Below are positions 62,997 through 64,000 of a stretch of 64,000 nucleotides of DNA, piece after piece (within the stretch, counting starts at the first letter, position 1; every line of letters begins with the position of its first letter). Position numbers and translations under genes: made by a program. The notes beneath the pieces are model-generated. The model did not search any database and had not been told where the DNA came from. It saw nothing but the letters and a program-made list of their open reading frames with translations. The stretch comes from an uncultured bacterium (lineage in GTDB: Bacteria > Omnitrophota > Omnitrophia > Omnitrophales > Abzuiibacteriaceae): the NCBI GenBank assembly GCA_964387845.1, contig CAYLXA010000001.1, positions 288,001 through 352,000 of the forward strand, written 5' to 3'.

Positions 62997-63779
62997 TTAA
63001 TATCGAAGATGATCGTCAAAATTGGAACCATGAACCGCCGTGTGGCACTTCGCGCTGAAGCAAGTGCCTTGCGCAAGGCGCGTAGCATGATTAGAACTTC
63101 CGATGAACGGAAAATTATCTTGTGTATGACAACGTAAACATAAATTACTGTCGCGGGCAATCAGCATTTTGTCAGTAATCGAGCCATGAACTTGATGACA
63201 TGTCGTGCAGCCTTCGCGCAGCGCTTCATGCTCCCACACAAACGGGCCGCGTTGTTCTTTATGACATTTAAAGCATGCTTCGTTGACATCTTCCATGGTT
63301 GTGGATGACCATGGCCTGACTTCCGGTCCGTGCGGACTATGGCAGTCCGAACAACTCATCTTTCCTTCGAGCACGGGATGGTGGTGCGGAAGATTAAATT
63401 CTACTTTTTTATCGGTATGACACGCAAAACAGACGGACGGATCTTTTCTGGGATTAATGATTTTCTTATCTTGGCTGGATTCTTTTAACTTATCATCCAT
63501 ATCGACATGTAGACTTCCGGGGCCATGACAAAGCTCGCAGCCTTGTACCGCCATATCTTTTCCGGGAATGCTGATACGGGAATGGGTCGAAAGTTCAAAC
63601 TCTTTGACTTCTTTTTCATGGCAAGCGGCGCAAGTATCCATACCGACATACTCCGCGCCTTCTATGTTATGAACTTCGAGAACTTTTTGGAGGGCTTCTT
63701 CGTCGTATTTGCAAGAAGTGACACTGAGAACGAGGGATAATACCGCAAAACTAACAAAAATGCTGGCTTTTTGATTCAT
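62997..63779 (-). CDS. multiheme c-type cytochrome lipoprotein (7 CxxCH plus 1 CX4CH heme-binding motifs)
   Basis: Signal peptide with lipobox (LSVTSC). Motifs CAACH, CELCH, CFACH, CSDCH, CFKCH, CTTCH, CLRCH and CFSAKCH. Confidence 0.8.
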   Translation of the reverse strand: MNQKASIFVSFAVLSLVLSVTSCKYDEEALQKVLEVHNIEGAEYVGMDTCAACHEKEVKEFELSTHSRISIPGKDMAVQGCELCHGPGSLHVDMDDKLKESSQDKKIINPRKDPSVCFACHTDKKVEFNLPHHHPVLEGKMSCSDCHSPHGPEVRPWSSTTMEDVNEACFKCHKEQRGPFVWEHEALREGCTTCHQVHGSITDKMLIARDSNLCLRCHTQDNFPFIGSSNHATRLAQGTCFSAKCHTAVHGSNFDDHLRY

Positions 63780-63885
63780 GCTAGCGGTTTATGATTTGTG
63801 TTTGCGTACGAATTATATTGTTTTATTAAGAAATGACAATCGCTTTTATGGCAGTGAAATTATCGACATTTCCTGAAAAACTTTA

Positions 63886-63901
63886 TGTGACATCTGTCAC
63901 T
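63886..63901. promoter_or_regulatory. CRP/FNR-family-like site TGTGA-N6-TCACt upstream of the cytochrome gene
   Basis: tgtgacatctgtcact, about 107 bp upstream of the cytochrome ATG. One mismatch to TGTGA-N6-TCACA. Confidence 0.3.
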
Positions 63902-63912
63902 TAAATTGACGT

Positions 63913-64000
63913 TTATGCAGGGCCGCCGGTATGGCAATCCATGCACGATATTTCTTTCCATGATTCTTGATCGCCGTCGGGATGCTTAAATTCCAGCCCA
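63913..64000 (-). CDS. C-terminal end of another c-type cytochrome (partial, continues past the window end)
   Basis: The minus-strand frame reads ...GLEFKHPDGDQESWKEISCMDCHTGGPA* with a CMDCH heme motif; stop TAA at 63913-63915. Confidence 0.5.
   Translation of the reverse strand, partial: GLEFKHPDGDQESWKEISCMDCHTGGPA

Noticed and set aside
1-64000. CRISPR arrays, rRNA genes and IS-element transposase genes.
   Set aside because: No regularly spaced direct repeats with unique spacers, no rRNA-like conserved stretches, and no transposase-like ORF were seen.

Overview
This is a 64-kb bacterial chromosomal segment with nearly all genes on the minus strand; Shine-Dalgarno sites are visible (e.g. 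GGAGG before nrdJ).

Recognisable genes, left to right: era (partial), an exopolysaccharide-type operon (AsmA-like protein, processive GT2 synthase, PEGA-domain protein), an SDR oxidoreductase, the class II ribonucleotide reductase nrdJ, mnmE, folC, purH, and a PabC-like class IV aminotransferase. A 17,928-nt ORF (5975 aa) follows. After it come a PabB-like chorismate-binding enzyme, a DUF1015 protein, a tRNA-binding-domain protein, myo-inositol-1-phosphate synthase (the only plus-strand gene), and an AT-rich islet with an ORF6N-domain protein. Next is a polyamine and TCA block: agmatinase, pyruvoyl arginine decarboxylase, a GspS-like ATP-grasp ligase, sucDC, a gamma-carbonic-anhydrase-like gene, sdhCAB, mdh, an acyl desaturase and PEP carboxylase. 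Two cation antiporters follow, and the window ends with a cytochrome cluster: ccsB-ccsA (system II cytochrome c maturation), a large outer-membrane beta-barrel protein, an 8-heme lipoprotein cytochrome and a second partial cytochrome.

The most unusual feature is the giant ORF. It reads as a chain of normally free-standing proteins: a SAM methyltransferase, a lipoprotein, a tentatively TraB/GumN-like membrane protein, a PglC-type phosphoglycosyl transferase, a PPDK/PEP-synthase-like dikinase module, a histidine phosphatase and an HPr-like domain. These are punctuated about 21 times by a conserved pentapeptide R-S-E-L-R (variants RAELR, RSEMR, RVELR, KSELR). The motif is encoded with varied codons, so it is a protein-level signal. 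The residues immediately after several motifs look like signal peptides or membrane anchors, which suggests a processed polyprotein.

The window also carries at least five short palindromic intergenic repeat families, several of which are translated in frame inside genes. No rRNA, tRNA or CRISPR was found.
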